Shown here: piece after piece, positions 38,916 to 52,112 of the stretch
How positions within the stretch are numbered: position 1 is the stretch's first letter
How the letters are laid out: each line of letters begins with the position of its first letter
From: Octopus bimaculoides
Taxonomy: Eukaryota
NCBI RefSeq assembly: GCF_001194135.2
Contig: NC_068989.1
Location: 14,949,403 to 15,013,402 of the forward strand
Direction: 5' to 3'
DNA: 64,000 nt
Notes under the pieces: model-generated
What the model was told of the DNA's origin: nothing
The model's database searches: none
What the model saw: the letters and a program-made list of their open reading frames with translations, nothing else
Program-made: the position numbers and the translations under genes

Positions 38916-39786
38916 ATGTTATTTTTAGTAAAATTTTGTAGGTCAAGTTCAAATTACAGTCACAACCAAATATAGCCTTCCTTTTAAGAGTGATTCACTC
39001 CAATGGTGTTCCCATCAATAATGCTCCATTCATTTAGGAATAGCACATGTTAAATAATATTCTTCAAAATTTGTCTCACACATGAAATTCTGTAGCTATT
39101 TACGACTCAAGATCATTTATCCACTTATCGTAAAATCAGACGATTTTCCACCATTTTGCAGTGAACAAATGTAATCTACGAGATTGTGTAACATCAGAAC
39201 CAAAACAAACACCTGTGGCAATACTCTTATATAATCAATCAATAATGATGCAACTGGCATCATTATGTCGGCTTTGCATTCTTCCTTCAAGTTTTAATGA
39301 TTACACTTGATACCTGCACAGGTGATTACAGAATCTAATGACATATGTTCACTGTTCAGTCACTCACAACTCTTCATTACTTTCACCTGTAACTCTAAAT
39401 GGAAAGAAATTTAAAAAAATTTTTTTCAAGGTGAAACATGCAATCACAGGTATGATCTCGAAACCATGGATTTCCACTTAAGAACATTATATATTTTGGC
39501 CAGTTAGTCATATGTATGCCCAAATATAGTGAGAAAAAAGGAGACTTGCTATATCTTGTTATGGTTAATGAAACGGATTCACACCAATGAAATGTATTCC
39601 TTCCTATCAGCAGAGCTTCCACATCCTGGATGAGATAAGAAGCTCTTCAATGTTGTTAAAACCCAAACTGTTCATGGCTCAAATGATTTCCTCAACAGGA
39701 ATTAATCTTGCTTGGAAAGCAAATGCATCCAATGGTTTACTAGTCCATTCGCCAATGAATCCCAAACAAGTGAAAATGGCTATCTC

Positions 39787-39989
39787 TCTCTCTTTTACTT
39801 GTTTCAGTCATTTGACTGTGGCCATGCTGGAGCACCGCCTTTTTTTTTAGTTGTGCTAATCGACCCCAGGACTTATTCTTTGTAAGCCTAGTACTTATTC
39901 TATCGGTCTCTTTTTGCTGAACCGCTAAGTTATGGGGATGTAAACACACCAGCATCGGTTGTCAAGTGATGTTGGGGGGACAAACACAT

Positions 39990-40020
<31 letters not shown>

Positions 40021-40186
40021 CATATATACAGTTGGCTTCTTTCAGTTTCCGTCTACCAAATCCACTCACAAGGCTTTGGTCGGCCCGAGGCTATAGTAGA
40101 AGACACTTGCCCAAGGTGCTACTCAGTGGGACTGAACCCAGAACCATGTGGTTGGTAAGCAAGCTACGTACCACACAGCCACTCTT
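39787..40186 (-). mobile_element. Family-C SINE
   Basis: Full-length match to 31640-32035. Confidence 0.9.
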
Positions 40187-40465
40187 ACTCCTCTCGTAGA
40201 TGAATAACATCAATGTGTACAGGATTCTAAGATGTGGCTGAAGAACTATTAAAATTGAGAACTTTTGTTATTTTTGACAACATGCTGGAGCACATAGCAT
40301 AGTTCACTCCTGTTGCATTTTAAGAAATACTCGAAATAATTCTAAGAAATACCCGAAGCAGCAAATACTTGAAACAATAATGGAACCTCCACACATTCAT
40401 GCAGACCTGATAGAAATAGCAGCCTAATTCTTTAAAAATAAAGAACACATTAGTAGACAGTGTAT

Positions 40466-40853
40466 TGTTGTTGGCACTCCATCACTTATGACGTTGAGGG
40501 TTCCAGTTGATCCAATCAACGGAACAGCCTGCTCGTGAAATTAACGTGCAAGTGGCTGAGCACTCCACAGACACGTGTACCCTTAACGTAGTTCTTGGGG
40601 GATATTCAGCGTGACACAGAGTGTGACAAGGCTGACCCTTTGAATTACAGGCACAACAGAAACAAGAAGTAAGAGTGAGAGAAAGTTGTGGTGAAAGAGT
40701 ACAGCAGGGTTCGCCACCATCTCTTGCCGGAGCCTCGTGGAACTTTAGGTGTTTTCGCTCAATAAACACTCACGACGCCCGGTCTGGGAATCAAAACCGC
40801 GATCCTATGACCACGAGTCCGCTGCTCTAGCCACTGGGCCATTGCGCCTCCAA
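40466..40853 (-). mobile_element. tRNA-derived SINE, head A + tail T1
   Basis: Exact 12-bp TSD TAGACAGTGTAT (40454-40465, 40854-40865). Confidence 0.93.
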
Positions 40854-41344
40854 TAGACAGTGTATGTCTTAGATAAACACTCCTCCACCACTATCCCCCA
40901 CACTCAAAGATTATGGTGGTCAACTCTGGAATGACTTTGATTATAGTTCTGCTCACTCGGGGATGACCTAGGGTTAAATAACAGCAACAGCAGCTGTACG
41001 ACTGTAGATTTCTTAAAAGCTCTGTTCTTCTTTCTCTGCTGTACAAAATCTGGTTGTTGTTGATAAGAATTAAAACACAGACAATTTGCTCCTTATGGTA
41101 GAAAATAGGTTCTTAGTTTACCAAAGAAGTGTGAAATATGATACACATGACTGCACAAGTGTTATTATATATATATATATATAGTACCAAAGGGCTGCAT
41201 TGAGTTAAGGCGGGAGACCTCACACAATTCAAATCACCAACACCACCTCCATTCATCATCATCATCATCACCACCACCGTCATTATTATCATTATCCTCA
41301 TAACCACCACCACCACCACCATCATAAAGCAAAAAAAAAATCTT

Positions 41345-41743
41345 CAGGCGTGGAGTGGCTGTGTGGTAAGTAGCTTGCTTACCAATCACATGGTCCCGGG
41401 TTCAATCCCACTGCATGGCACCTTGGGCAAGTGTCTTCTACTATAGCCTTGGGCCGACCAAAGCCTTGTGAGTGGATTTGGTAGACGGAAACTGAAAGAA
41501 GCCTGTCGTATATATGTATATATATATATATGTATATATGTGTGTGTGTCTGTGTTTGTCCCACCAACATCGCTTGACAACCGATGCTGGTGTGTTTACG
41601 TCCCCGTAACTTAGCAGTTCGGCAAAAGAGGCCGATAGAATAAGTACTAGGCTTACAAAGAATAAGTGCTGGGGTCGATTTGCTCGACTAAAGGCGATGC
41701 TCCAGCATGGCCGCAGTCAAATGACTGAAACAAGTAAAAGAGT
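41345..41743 (+). mobile_element. Family-C SINE
   Basis: Full-length, opposite orientation to 39787-40186. Confidence 0.9.
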
Positions 41744-42043
41744 AAATATGCATCAACATCCTTATCATTCATCGTCATGGTCGTCATTGTCATTATCCTC
41801 ATCACTATCACCGCCACCATCATCGTCATCATAATCATCATCATCATCATCTAATGTCCATTTTTCCATCCCTGCTTGGGTGCGACCATAAAAATCATTC
41901 ATCTTCCACATCACAGTCATCATCATCATCATCATCACCATCATCAGCAGCAGCAGCAGCAGGAACAGCAGCAACATTATTGCTTCTTCTAGACAGATTC
42001 AAGTCAGTCAGTACTTCAATGTAGACATTGATTTATTTATACA

Positions 42044-42076
<33 letters not shown>

Positions 42077-42349
42077 AAGAAAGACTGCAATATGTCATAT
42101 TTTCATCAATCATGAGTCATCACCACCTCAGCATGATTTCACATCCTTTTTAAGTTTTCAACTAATTACCTCATCTAAGGTATTCTTTGGCCTCACACAC
42201 TGCACCACTGTATATATACACACTTCACTTCTCGCCACACTTTTCACTCAGCACGCTTGCTACCGGCACAATTCTCTCACTTGCAAATATATCAAGCAAC
42301 ACCAACACATGCAATATCCTATTGCAATTTTCAGCTCATTTCTTCTCCT

Positions 42350-42745
42350 TATTATTATTATTATCATTATTATTATTATCATCATTATTATTATTATTAT
42401 TTTTTTTTTCCTCTTCTTCTTACTATTATTATTATATTTTTCTTCTTCTTACTATTATTATCATCATCATCATCATCATTAATATTAATATTATTATTAT
42501 TATCATTATTATTTTTCTTTTTCTTCTTCTTATTTTTTTCTTCTTCTTACTATTATTATTATCTTATTCTTCTTCTTACTATTATTATTATATTTTTCTT
42601 CTTCTTACTATTATTATTATATTTTTCTTCTTCTTATTATTATTATTATATTTTTCTTCTTACTATTATTATTATATTTTTCTTCTTCTTATTATTATTA
42701 TTATTATCTTTTCTTCTTCTTACTATTATTATATTTTTCTTCTGC
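42350..42745. repeat. Complex (TAT)n/(TCT)n triplet array
   Basis: Alternating TTCTTCTTC and TACTATTATTAT blocks. Confidence 0.92.
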
Positions 42746-42799
42746 TTCCTCTTCTTCTTCACATATCTCTAAATTTAATGTTTCACATTTATTTATTTA

Positions 42800-43230
42800 T
42801 TTTGCTTGTCAGTTGTTTGACCATAGCCAGTCGAGCATTCCTTTGGTGGCTGATGATATGTGCATCTCTGATCATGAGTAATGGGGGAGCACCATAGCCA
42901 TGTGCGGAGAGGAATTCTTTGGGGTTTGAATAATTCACCTTTGGAAACATGGGTGTTTTGCTCAACATCCTTAAACAAACCTTATTCAGGGACCTTTTGA
43001 GCGGGATGGGCTACTCGACCTAAAGAAAATTCCAACTGGGCCCCACCTGCTAGGTCATGCGCTGTTTATCTTTATATGAGATCATCATGTCGTGCACATA
43101 TGGTTGTGATGCATGTGCCTGGTGTACCCTTATCAGATGGGTAGTCATGATGGGTATACTGGGCTTCGTATATTTTACCCCAGTGTCACTTTGATGGCAT
43201 GCACTGCTTTCTCACTCAATAGTAATAACA
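42800..43230 (+). mobile_element. Unclassified GC-richer probable retroposon ending in a TAA-like tail
   Basis: Composition contrast with the flanks; ends CTCACTCAATAGTAATAAC; single copy in the window. Confidence 0.4.
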
Positions 43231-43530
43231 ATCTTTTCTGCTAAAGGCACAAGGCCTTAAATTTTAGGAAAGGGGACTAATCAATCACATTGACCCCAGT
43301 GTTTCACTGGTACTTAATTTATCAACCCCAAAAGGATGAAAAAATAAAGTCACCCTCAGTGGAATTTGAACTCAGAACACAAAAACTGATGGTATGCTGC
43401 TAAGCATTTCATTCATCCTTTCATTCTGTGTTCAAATTCCGTTTAGGTTGACTTTGCCTTTTGTCTGTTTGAGGTCAATAAAATAAGTACCACTGAAGTC
43501 AAAGTTGCTGGCATAGTGCCAAACTGTGAA
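43225..43530. mobile_element. Fold-back pair of family-E SINE fragments
   Basis: Core on the minus strand at about 43295-43378 and on the plus strand at about 43420-43495. Confidence 0.75.
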
Positions 43531-43618
43531 ACTAATATCTTACTGTTATACCATATGTACTCCCTTCCACACACACACACACACACACACACATGCACAC
43601 CATATTATGTATAACATA

Positions 43619-43885
43619 AAAAAAAACGATAAATGTCACCCTTTCAAAGCCTAGCCAGGCTCATGGGCCCGGTTTCCTGGTTTCTATGGCATATGTGTTC
43701 CCCCCAGCTGGACGGGACGCCAGTCCATCGCAGCGTTACTCATTTTTGCCAGCTGAGTGGACTGGAGCAACGTGAAATGAAGTGTTTTGCTCAAGAACAC
43801 AACGCGTCACCCGGTCCAGGAATCGAAACCACAATCTTACGATCATGATGCTGACACCCTAACCACTAGGCCACGCGCCTCCACC
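43619..43885 (-). mobile_element. tRNA-derived SINE, head B + tail T2
   Basis: Head GTGGAGGCGCGTGGCCTAGTGG; exact 13-bp TSD TATGTATAACATA. Confidence 0.92.
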
Positions 43886-46149
43886 TATGTATAACATACA
43901 CATGTATATATATTCTAACATTTGATCTTGGCCGAATTTGGAAAAAGAACACACACACACACATATACCCTTGCTTCTAATGACTTAATAGATTAGAGGT
44001 ATTGTAGTTTGGTGTTTCAAGTAATTAGGTCAATGCCTGTCTCTTCAGACAAAGATAGATAGCTACATAGATTCTCAAGCTTTGTTATGTTATTATTGGC
44101 AGCAACTGCTATTGGTGACTAGGAAACCTCAGCATTCAGCTTGCAATCATACCACAAAATTCTCATGATCAACAAGTGATAGACAAACTGCTCTGAAGCT
44201 ATATCAAGCAATTAAAAATTAACGTCATTTGATGATGATGAGGATGATGATGATAAGGATGATGATGATGTTGGTGATGATGATTCATAGCCACCATTAT
44301 TAATGAATTTTAATCAATTTATCTTAATAAAAAATTATGTTAAATGTGTTCATTAAATGAAAGCATATTTTCTCAATTAAATTAAAAAGATAAATTAAGA
44401 AAAGCCATATCGCTGAATGGTTGTGTGGTGAAGAAGCTTGGTTTGCAACCACATGGTTTCAGGTTCAGTCCCACTGCGCAGCACCTTGGGCAAGCCTACT
44501 ATAATCCCAGGCTGGCCAAAGCTCTAAGAGCAGATTTGGTACGTGGAAACTGAAAGAAACTCTTTGTGTGTATGCATGTATGTATGTATATATATATATA
44601 TATATATATATCTTCACTCTTTTACTTGTTTCAGTCATTTGACTGCGGCCATGCTGGAGCACCACCTTTAGTCGAGCAAATCGACCCCAGGACTTATTCT
44701 TTGTAAGCCTAGTACTTATTCTATCGGTCTCTTTTGTTCCTTCTCTTGCTAGTTTGTGGAACAGCCTCTTAGTTTTTTCCACCACCACCGTCATCATCAT
44801 TCTTTTAATGACCACTTTTTCTTGCTTGCATTGGTTTGACAGAGTTTGTTGAGGTAGATTTTTCTACAGCAAGATGCCCTTCCTGTTGCCAACCCTCACC
44901 TGTTTCCAAATAACGTAATATTTCCCATAGCTAGACATGCTTCTCATGGAAGACTTGAAACTAATAACCAGTGTAGAAGGCCTTCAAAGGTGATGGGCAC
45001 TTCTTTACCTTTGACAAATATACTGGCTCCAAATTTTGGCACAAGGCTGGTAAGTTTGGGGACAGGAGAAATTTGATTATATTGACCCAACTACTCAACT
45101 GGTACTTATTTTATCAGCCTTGAGAGGGTGAAAGGTGAAATTGACCTTGGCAGAATTTGAACTCAAAATGCAAAGATGGACGAAATGTTGCAAAGCATTT
45201 TGCCTGGCATGCTAACGATTCTGCCAGATCATCACTGTCTACTTGACTAATTACATTGGTTTCAAATTTTGGCACAAGGCCAGCAAGTTCGGGGCGGGGG
45301 CGGGGGCGGGGTGAGGTATGAGGAGAAAGTGAACTACATTAACCCCACTACTCAACTGGTACTTATTTTATCGACCAGAAAAAGATGATAGGCAAAATTG
45401 ACCAGGGTAGAATTTGAACTCAAAACACAAAGACAGACAAAATGCCATTAAGCATTTTGCTTGGTTTGTTAATGATTCTGCCAGCCCAACGCTTCATCTT
45501 TGACTGATATATTAAAAGAAATAACAATAAATTCTTTGTTAAATCCTTGGTTGGTAACACTTCATTGATATTGCTTTCAGAATATTGGTTTTTCACAGTA
45601 GTATGTCTTTTAGGCCTAACCAATCAGCAGACTTTTGTTGTAGGAGTGAAATTATAAACACAGGAATAATCAAGGTTTTTAGTCTTATAATTCCATTCAC
45701 ATCGAGGATATGTTATTAAACAAAATATTACAAAGGGTTAAGTCATTTAGCATAGTTGACCTAGATATTCTAATTGTTTTATGTTCAAACTGACTAGATC
45801 TGGCCTCTCACACCTACCCTAAACTGTTATTGTAAAAATAAGCTATCACTTCATCGAAATCTCAAAGCTACAAGATAATGCATGATTAATTCAAAACAAT
45901 GTGAATAGATAAGCATTACATTTTTAACAGAATAATCAGAAGGCTAGAGTTCAATCAAATCTCCAGTACTTCACTACTGGTACATTATTCATCAATCCAA
46001 AAAAGACGAAAGGTAAAATTGACCTCAAAAGGACTTGAACTTGTAAAGGTTTGTAATTAAATACAGCAAACATTAAGTGCTTACACTCTAACAAATCTAC
46101 CAATCAACTACCTGTTTTCTTAAAAGGGATTTTTATCCTTATACAGGAC

Positions 46150-46400
46150 TTCATCACTTCTGAAGGAGGAACCCCTCTCTGGGTTCCTTCCACCAATACC
46201 TGTCTCTGGCCAGCTGTGGCCATCTAGGCCCCAGGTAGCAGGTGAGATCATCTTGCCATCTTGACCTTGGTCAACTTCTTGATCTTGTCCATTGTCTTGG
46301 TATCTATTCTGTCACCCTGATTGTTCATCCCTTGTACTTCAGTCATGCAATGTGACCAGTCCATTTATATTTGTCCTCCTTGGTGGTTCTTTGGTCTTAT
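46150..46400 (-). mobile_element. RTE-clade LINE ORF2 C-terminal fragment (second lineage)
   Basis: KYKWTGHIA..IRVTE.IPR..RSRWQDDL..RWPQLARDR.WW..REGFLLQ. Confidence 0.85.
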
Positions 46401-46422
46401 ATTTATGGTAGGATTAAAGTTT

Positions 46423-46790
46423 GGAGCGCAATGGCCCAGTGGTTAGGGCAGCGGACTCGCGGTCATAAGATTGCGGTTTCGATTCCCAGACCGGGTGTTG
46501 TGAGTGTTTATTGAGCGAAAACACCTAAAGCTCCGGCAGGGGATGGTGGCGAACCCTGCTGTACTCTTTCATCAAAACTTTCTCTCACTCTTACTTCCTG
46601 TTTCTGTTGTGCCTGTAATTCAAAGGGTCAGCCTTGTCACACTGTGTCACGCTGAATATCCCCGAGAACTGCATTAAGGGTACATGTGTCTGTGGAGTGC
46701 TCAGCCACTTGCACGTTAATTTCACGAGCAGGCTGTTCCGTTGATCGGATCGACTAGAACCCTTGACGTCGTAAGCGACGGAGTGCCAAC
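46423..46790 (+). mobile_element. tRNA-derived SINE, head A + tail T1
   Basis: Exact 13-bp TSD AGGATTAAAGTTT (46410-46422, 46791-46803). Confidence 0.93.
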
Positions 46791-47904
46791 AGGATTAAAG
46801 TTTATACTATTTCTTAGTACAAATGTTCTGAGAACATAAAATCTCCATTTGCTATGATCATACACAAATCAAAGTTGCCTCTCCTAAAATAGGATTTGGC
46901 AATAGAGTACGAGTGGGGTCGTTTGTGTTGGATTTTCACCTTGGACTGGAAAACATATCACATAGTTTGTCAGCTACCTCTGTAGATAATTGAACTGATA
47001 AGAATTAGCCTAACAAAAAGTAAGGCACAGTCCTGGTGTGGAGGATATAACTACTGCTTGCTTTAAACTATCTTTAAAAGGTAAATATCTTTCGAAAGAA
47101 GATATGTAATTTTAATGCTTATGTCTTCAAATGAAAATTCAAAAAAACAAGCAACATTAATAAAAACCCACCACACAACAAACCAGTGCGGATTGTTATA
47201 TAATGTGTCCTAGTTATTGTGTATGAATTTTTAAAAAAATAATAAGATCGTGGAATACAGACCATATGGCTGTAATTTCAATGTGTGCATGTGTGTGTGT
47301 GTCTGTGTGTATATGTTGTGGGAACTAGGATATTAAAAAGCTGTCCATTATATAACTTCATCGTTGACTCATTCATGGACGCTAATTATATTCCTTTCTA
47401 CAGTGAATTTCATGTAAAAAAACAAAAAAATCCTAAGGTCTTTTATATATCAAATATATTCATATACTTAACATGATCTTTTTTTGCCATGACATTTCTG
47501 TCAAGCCACTGTCATAAAGTTGACAAATCTCCTCAACAAAAACAACCTCCCCGTTCCTCTTATTCTATATATCCTACTTTTTTTTTTTTCTTATCAGAGT
47601 AAATTAGAAAATCGTTTATCTCAATCCAGTCATGCATACAATTATAGTCAATATTAAAAACTGTCCTTTTTTTTTTTTATGACTACACACAGCTAGACAA
47701 CGAAACTTAGGTGTTATCAGTGACTTGTGACTCTAACAGTATATAGATTATATATGTGTGTGTGTATGTGTGAGTACTATTAATAATAGACAGAAGGTAG
47801 AAAGTGACTCAAGGCTAAGAGTTTTGTTCATTGGCAATACATACAAATGTATGAAACTCACAGTCCTTGAGTCACTCTGAAACTTCAACCAACTATTAAT
47901 ATAC

Positions 47905-48268
47905 AGGAGTGGCTGTGTGGTAAGTAGTTTGCTTACCAACCACATGGTCTCAGGTTCATTCCCACTGCGTGGCACTTTGGGCAAGTGTCTTCTACTATAG
48001 CCTCGGGCCGACCAAAGCCTTGTGAGTGGATTTGGTAGACGGAAACTGAAAGAAGCCTGTCGTATATATGTATGTATATACATATATATGTATGTGTGTG
48101 TATATGCTCGTGTGTCTGTGTTTACGTCCCTGTAACTTAGCGGTTCGGCAAAAGTGACCAATAGAATAAGTACTAGGCTTACAAAGAATAAGTCCTGGGG
48201 TCAATTTGCTTGACTAAAAGGCGGTGCTCCAGCATGGCCGCAGTCAAATGACAAACAAGTAAAAGAGT
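47905..48268 (+). mobile_element. Family-C SINE
   Basis: Full-length match; partial heads also at about 37027-37185, 38055-38200, 44415-44558 and 48718-48872. Confidence 0.9.
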
Positions 48269-48442
48269 ATATATATATATGTATGTATATACATATATAT
48301 NNNNNNNNNNNNNNNNNNNNNNNNNNNNNNNNNNNNNNNNNNNNNNNNNNNNNNNNNNNNNNNNNNNNNNNNNNNNNNNNNNNNNNNNNNNNNNNNNNNN
48401 NNNNNNNNNNNNNNNNNNNNNNNNNNNNTATATATATATATA

Positions 48443-48677
48443 CAGAGTGGCCCAAAAGTAGGTTTACAGTTATCATGTAGGCACTTAAAATTTTTTTTTA
48501 AACATTTTATTACATTTAAATTTCTATCTTACTAACTGAAAAAGGGAGCTTGACAAAATTAACTAAAATAGCATAGAATAATAGTTTCATATTATTTTTA
48601 TAATTAAGATCTGAACTGTTAATATATGAATGTGAAAGAGATAGTTGAATAACTGTAAACCTACTTTTGGGCCACCC

Positions 48678-48679
<2 letters not shown>
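48443..48679. mobile_element. Tc1/mariner-type MITE in a (TA)n tract
   Basis: 31-bp TIRs (48443-48473, 48649-48679), CAGAGTGGCCCAAAAGTAGGTTTACAGTTAT, TA flanks. Confidence 0.88.
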
Positions 48680-48710
<31 letters not shown>

Positions 48711-49234
48711 TAGGGGTCAGCATGGCTGTGTAGTAAGAAGTTTGCTTCCAAAACACAAGGTTCTGGTTTCAGTTCCTATGCATTGTACTTTGGGCAAGTG
48801 TCTTCAACGATAGCCTCAGGCCAACCAGAGACTTGTGAATGGATTTGGTAGACAGAAACTGAAAGAAGCCCAACACACACACATACATTTTGCTTAGGCA
48901 TTGCAAGACTAAAAACCTGATGTAGAACTCAATATGCGACTGTCTCAAAACAAAGTGTTAGAATATAGAACTACAATAAGAAAGAGATAACACGAGAAAA
49001 GAACTCCATTAGCTTACAGCTGTTCTGCTATATGGTGCAGTGGACTCAGTCGAGTGCCTGGATAACACCCTGCAGGTTCGAATATGAAGTGCAATTTATT
49101 TTGCAAAAAAGAATTACCTGTGAGAAAGTCATCACCGAAGTATATGGAAAAGTGTATCCAAAAGGCAGTTAGAAATAGCTGTAAGCTATTGAAGTTCATA
49201 ACATACCCTTTTTTTTCATGTCATCTCTTTTTCT

Positions 49235-49265
<31 letters not shown>

Positions 49266-49935
49266 ACAGGGTATCTAAGAGATACCGCCACGCTGAAAAA
49301 TAGCAGTCAAAACCTGACTCTAAAACCACAATAAATGTCCACATAGCACAAGGAGCTATAATATAATATTGGATTGAATATTTCTTCTGGGTATATAATG
49401 GAACGATGGCAGTAAACTGGCAGAATTATTAGCACGTCAGGTAAAATGCTTAGCAGCATTACCTGTCTCTTTTATATTTAGTTCAAATCATGCAGTGGTC
49501 AACTCTGCCTTTCATCCCTTTGGGAGTCGATAAAATAAAGTAGCAATCAAAATACTGGGGTTGACGTAACTGGCTTCCCTCCTCCCTGAAAAACTGCTTG
49601 CTTCGAACCCTTGCAATGGACCAGTGGGATGTTGTAATCTCAGTTACTTATAAATCATGGAATCTAGTTCAGTCCCTTGCATGGCACCTTGGGCAAGTGT
49701 CTTCTAGTGTAGCCTTGTGTGTGGACTTGGTAGATGGAAACTGTAAAAAAAAAAAACCCCATCAGATATATATATCTATGTGTGTGTCTATGTATGTCTC
49801 ACTACTGCTTGGCAACTGGTGTTGGTGTATTTATGCCTCTATAACCTAGCAGTTCAGCCTGAGAGACTGATAGAAGAACCAGGCTTTTAAAAAAAAGAGT
49901 ACTTGGAGCAATGCATTTGACTAAAAATTCTTTAA

Positions 49936-50489
49936 CCCTTTAGTGTTCAAATTAATGTCAAAAGTAATCCTTATTCATTTACATTTTTAAAATTGCCAGT
50001 ACCGCCTGACTGGCCTTCGTAGGATGTTCGAGCGAGATCATTGCCGGTGCCCCTGGACTGGCTCTTGTGTGGGTGGCACATAAAATACACCATTTTGAGC
50101 GTGGCCATTGCCAGTACCATCTGACTGGCCTTCATGCGGGTGACACGTAAAAGCACCCACTACACTCGGAGTGGTTGGCGTTAGGAAGGGCATCCAGCTG
50201 TAGAAACTCTGCCAAATCAGATTGGAGTCTGGTGTTGCCATCCGGTTTCACCAGTCCTCAGTCAAATCGTCCAACCCATGCTAGCATGGAAAGCGGACGT
50301 TAAACAATGATGATGATGATTTTTAAAAATTAATCTGGTATTATCTTGTAACTTCAAGATTTGAGAGATGTAATTGTTTATATTTAGAATGACATTGCAG
50401 GGTAGGTGTGACATACTGGTTCTGGCCAGTTTGAGCATAAAATGAGTAGAATATTTGGGCCAGATATAGCCGGTTTAAACACCAAAGGG
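49936..50489. mobile_element. piggyBac-type MITE inserted in a family-C SINE and hosting an RTE 3' UTR fragment (49995-50320)
   Basis: TTAA flanks; TIR CCCTTTAGTGTTCAAA / CCCTTTGGTGTTTAAA; related pieces at about 45738-45950, 52370-52720 and 55830-56360. Confidence 0.85.
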
Positions 50490-50843
50490 TTAAGGCAGTG
50501 TCCCAACATGACCATAGTCAAATGACTGAAACAAGGGTCCTAGGGATCAAGAAAAAATTATATATTCACAATGGAATGAGTAGTGGGGCATGTCCAGTCA
50601 GTTTACTGTTATCAATTCACCACAGATAAAGTTCACCGTCTTTTTTTCAATAAAATAATTTTTAACTATTAATGGTGAGATATTATGGAAATATTTTCTC
50701 ACAAACTTTCCTCGTGGTGAACTCTATTGCGATGAACTTACCTGTAATCATAGTGGGGTGCCTACAAATGTAACCCTGATTGTTGAGCAATATCATTGTT
50801 TTATTTTACACTAAAAAAAAGGAGCCAATTAAAAGCATATCAC

Positions 50844-51189
50844 CTCTCTTTTACTTTTACTTGTTTTAGTCATTTGACTGTGGCCATGCTGGAGCACCGC
50901 CTTTAGTCGAGCAAATCGATCCCAGGACTTATTCTTTGTAAGCCTAGTACTTATTCTATCGGTCTTTTTTGCCGAACCACTAAGTTACGGGGGACGTAAA
51001 CACACCAGCATTGGTTGTCAAGTGATGTTGGGAGGACAGACACACACACATACATATATACGACGAGCTTCTTTCAGTTTCCGTCTACCAAACCCACTCA
51101 CAAGGCTTTGGTCGGCCCGAGGCTATAGTAGAAGACACTTGCCCAAGGTGCCATGCAGTGGGACTGAACCTAGAACCACACAGCCACTA
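50844..51189 (-). mobile_element. Family-C SINE
   Basis: Match to 31640-32035 with a short deletion in the head. Confidence 0.9.
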
Positions 51190-51264
51190 CTACGCCTTAA
51201 AGAAATTTTAGTCAAATGGATTGCTCCCAGTACTTCTATGTGAACAAAATAAAATTAGTTATTC

Positions 51265-51270
51265 TTTATT
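51265..51270 (-). promoter_or_regulatory. Candidate polyadenylation signal of the RANBP3-like gene
   Basis: AATAAA ~600 nt after the predicted stop, followed by a U-rich TTTTATTTTGTT tract. Confidence 0.45.
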
Positions 51271-51868
51271 AAACACTTCCTTTGCTGTTGTTTCACAGAA
51301 ATGTGCACAACCTTCAAGTTAAAACCCAACAGAAATATGACATCTTGACACACCTTGTGTTGCAAATCCAACCTATCTCAAGAGAATCATGTTGCAAAGA
51401 CACACTTCTTGGGTTTGTACGTGCAATGAAAGATGTACACACAGGCAAGAAATTCATAATAAAGCTAGTAGTGTGCTGAACAAAAAAACATCCAGGATAT
51501 TTATTACACCTAAGTGGCACAAACACTCCCTTGTCATTCTTGCCATCAAAGACATGAATCAGTTGGATTAGTGAGATGAAAACTTATAACCAACAATGCT
51601 AGTGCTCATAAAAAAAAAAGAAAAAAATACATGATATATAATAATAATAAAAAAATAGCATAAGTGATTAATGTAACATCAACATAAAGCTAGGCTTCTC
51701 AAAAAGTCCCACAAATCTCAAATTCTTTACTAAATTCTCTCAATATTTTTTACCAATAGTCTTCGGGTTGGCTTCTTAATTTATGTTACTGATTCAGCTT
51801 TTCCTACACTTCTTTTCTGTTCATTTCTAGTAGGGTCAAATAAGACCAAATAATTTTCGACATAGTTC

Positions 51869-51927
51869 TTACTCCAATGACATAACTTTCGTCATTAGTT
51901 TTGGAGGCCTTTCCTTCTCTGATTCCG
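51869..51927 (-). CDS. RANBP3: RANBP3-like, predicted last coding exon (AESEKERPPKLMTKVMSLE-stop)
   Basis: Acceptor AATTTATTTATAG; phase 1 matches the donor of exon 56493-56590; ends in TAA. Assignment rests on phase and position, not homology. Confidence 0.6.
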
Positions 51928-51959
51928 CTATAAATAAATTGGGGTTAACACTTTTATAT

Positions 51960-52112
51960 CAGGCATGGGCAACCTTTTTTTCAAGAAGCAGGTTCCACGA
52001 GACACCACTTACCATCATGGCTGGCCATACTACTAAAAAAAAAAATGCAAGTTAATTGTTCATTAGACATGTCATTCAGAAAGTTCCTTGAACTGCAGTT
52101 TGCCCACAACTA
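51960..52112. mobile_element. Small degenerate hAT-type MITE
   Basis: CAGGCATGGGCAACCT start, TTTGCCCACAACTA end; flanks TTTTATAT/CTTTACAT (6/8). Confidence 0.5.

Noticed and set aside
42187-42897. 236-aa and 171-aa hydrophobic ORFs
   Set aside because: Products of the TAT/TCT triplet array.
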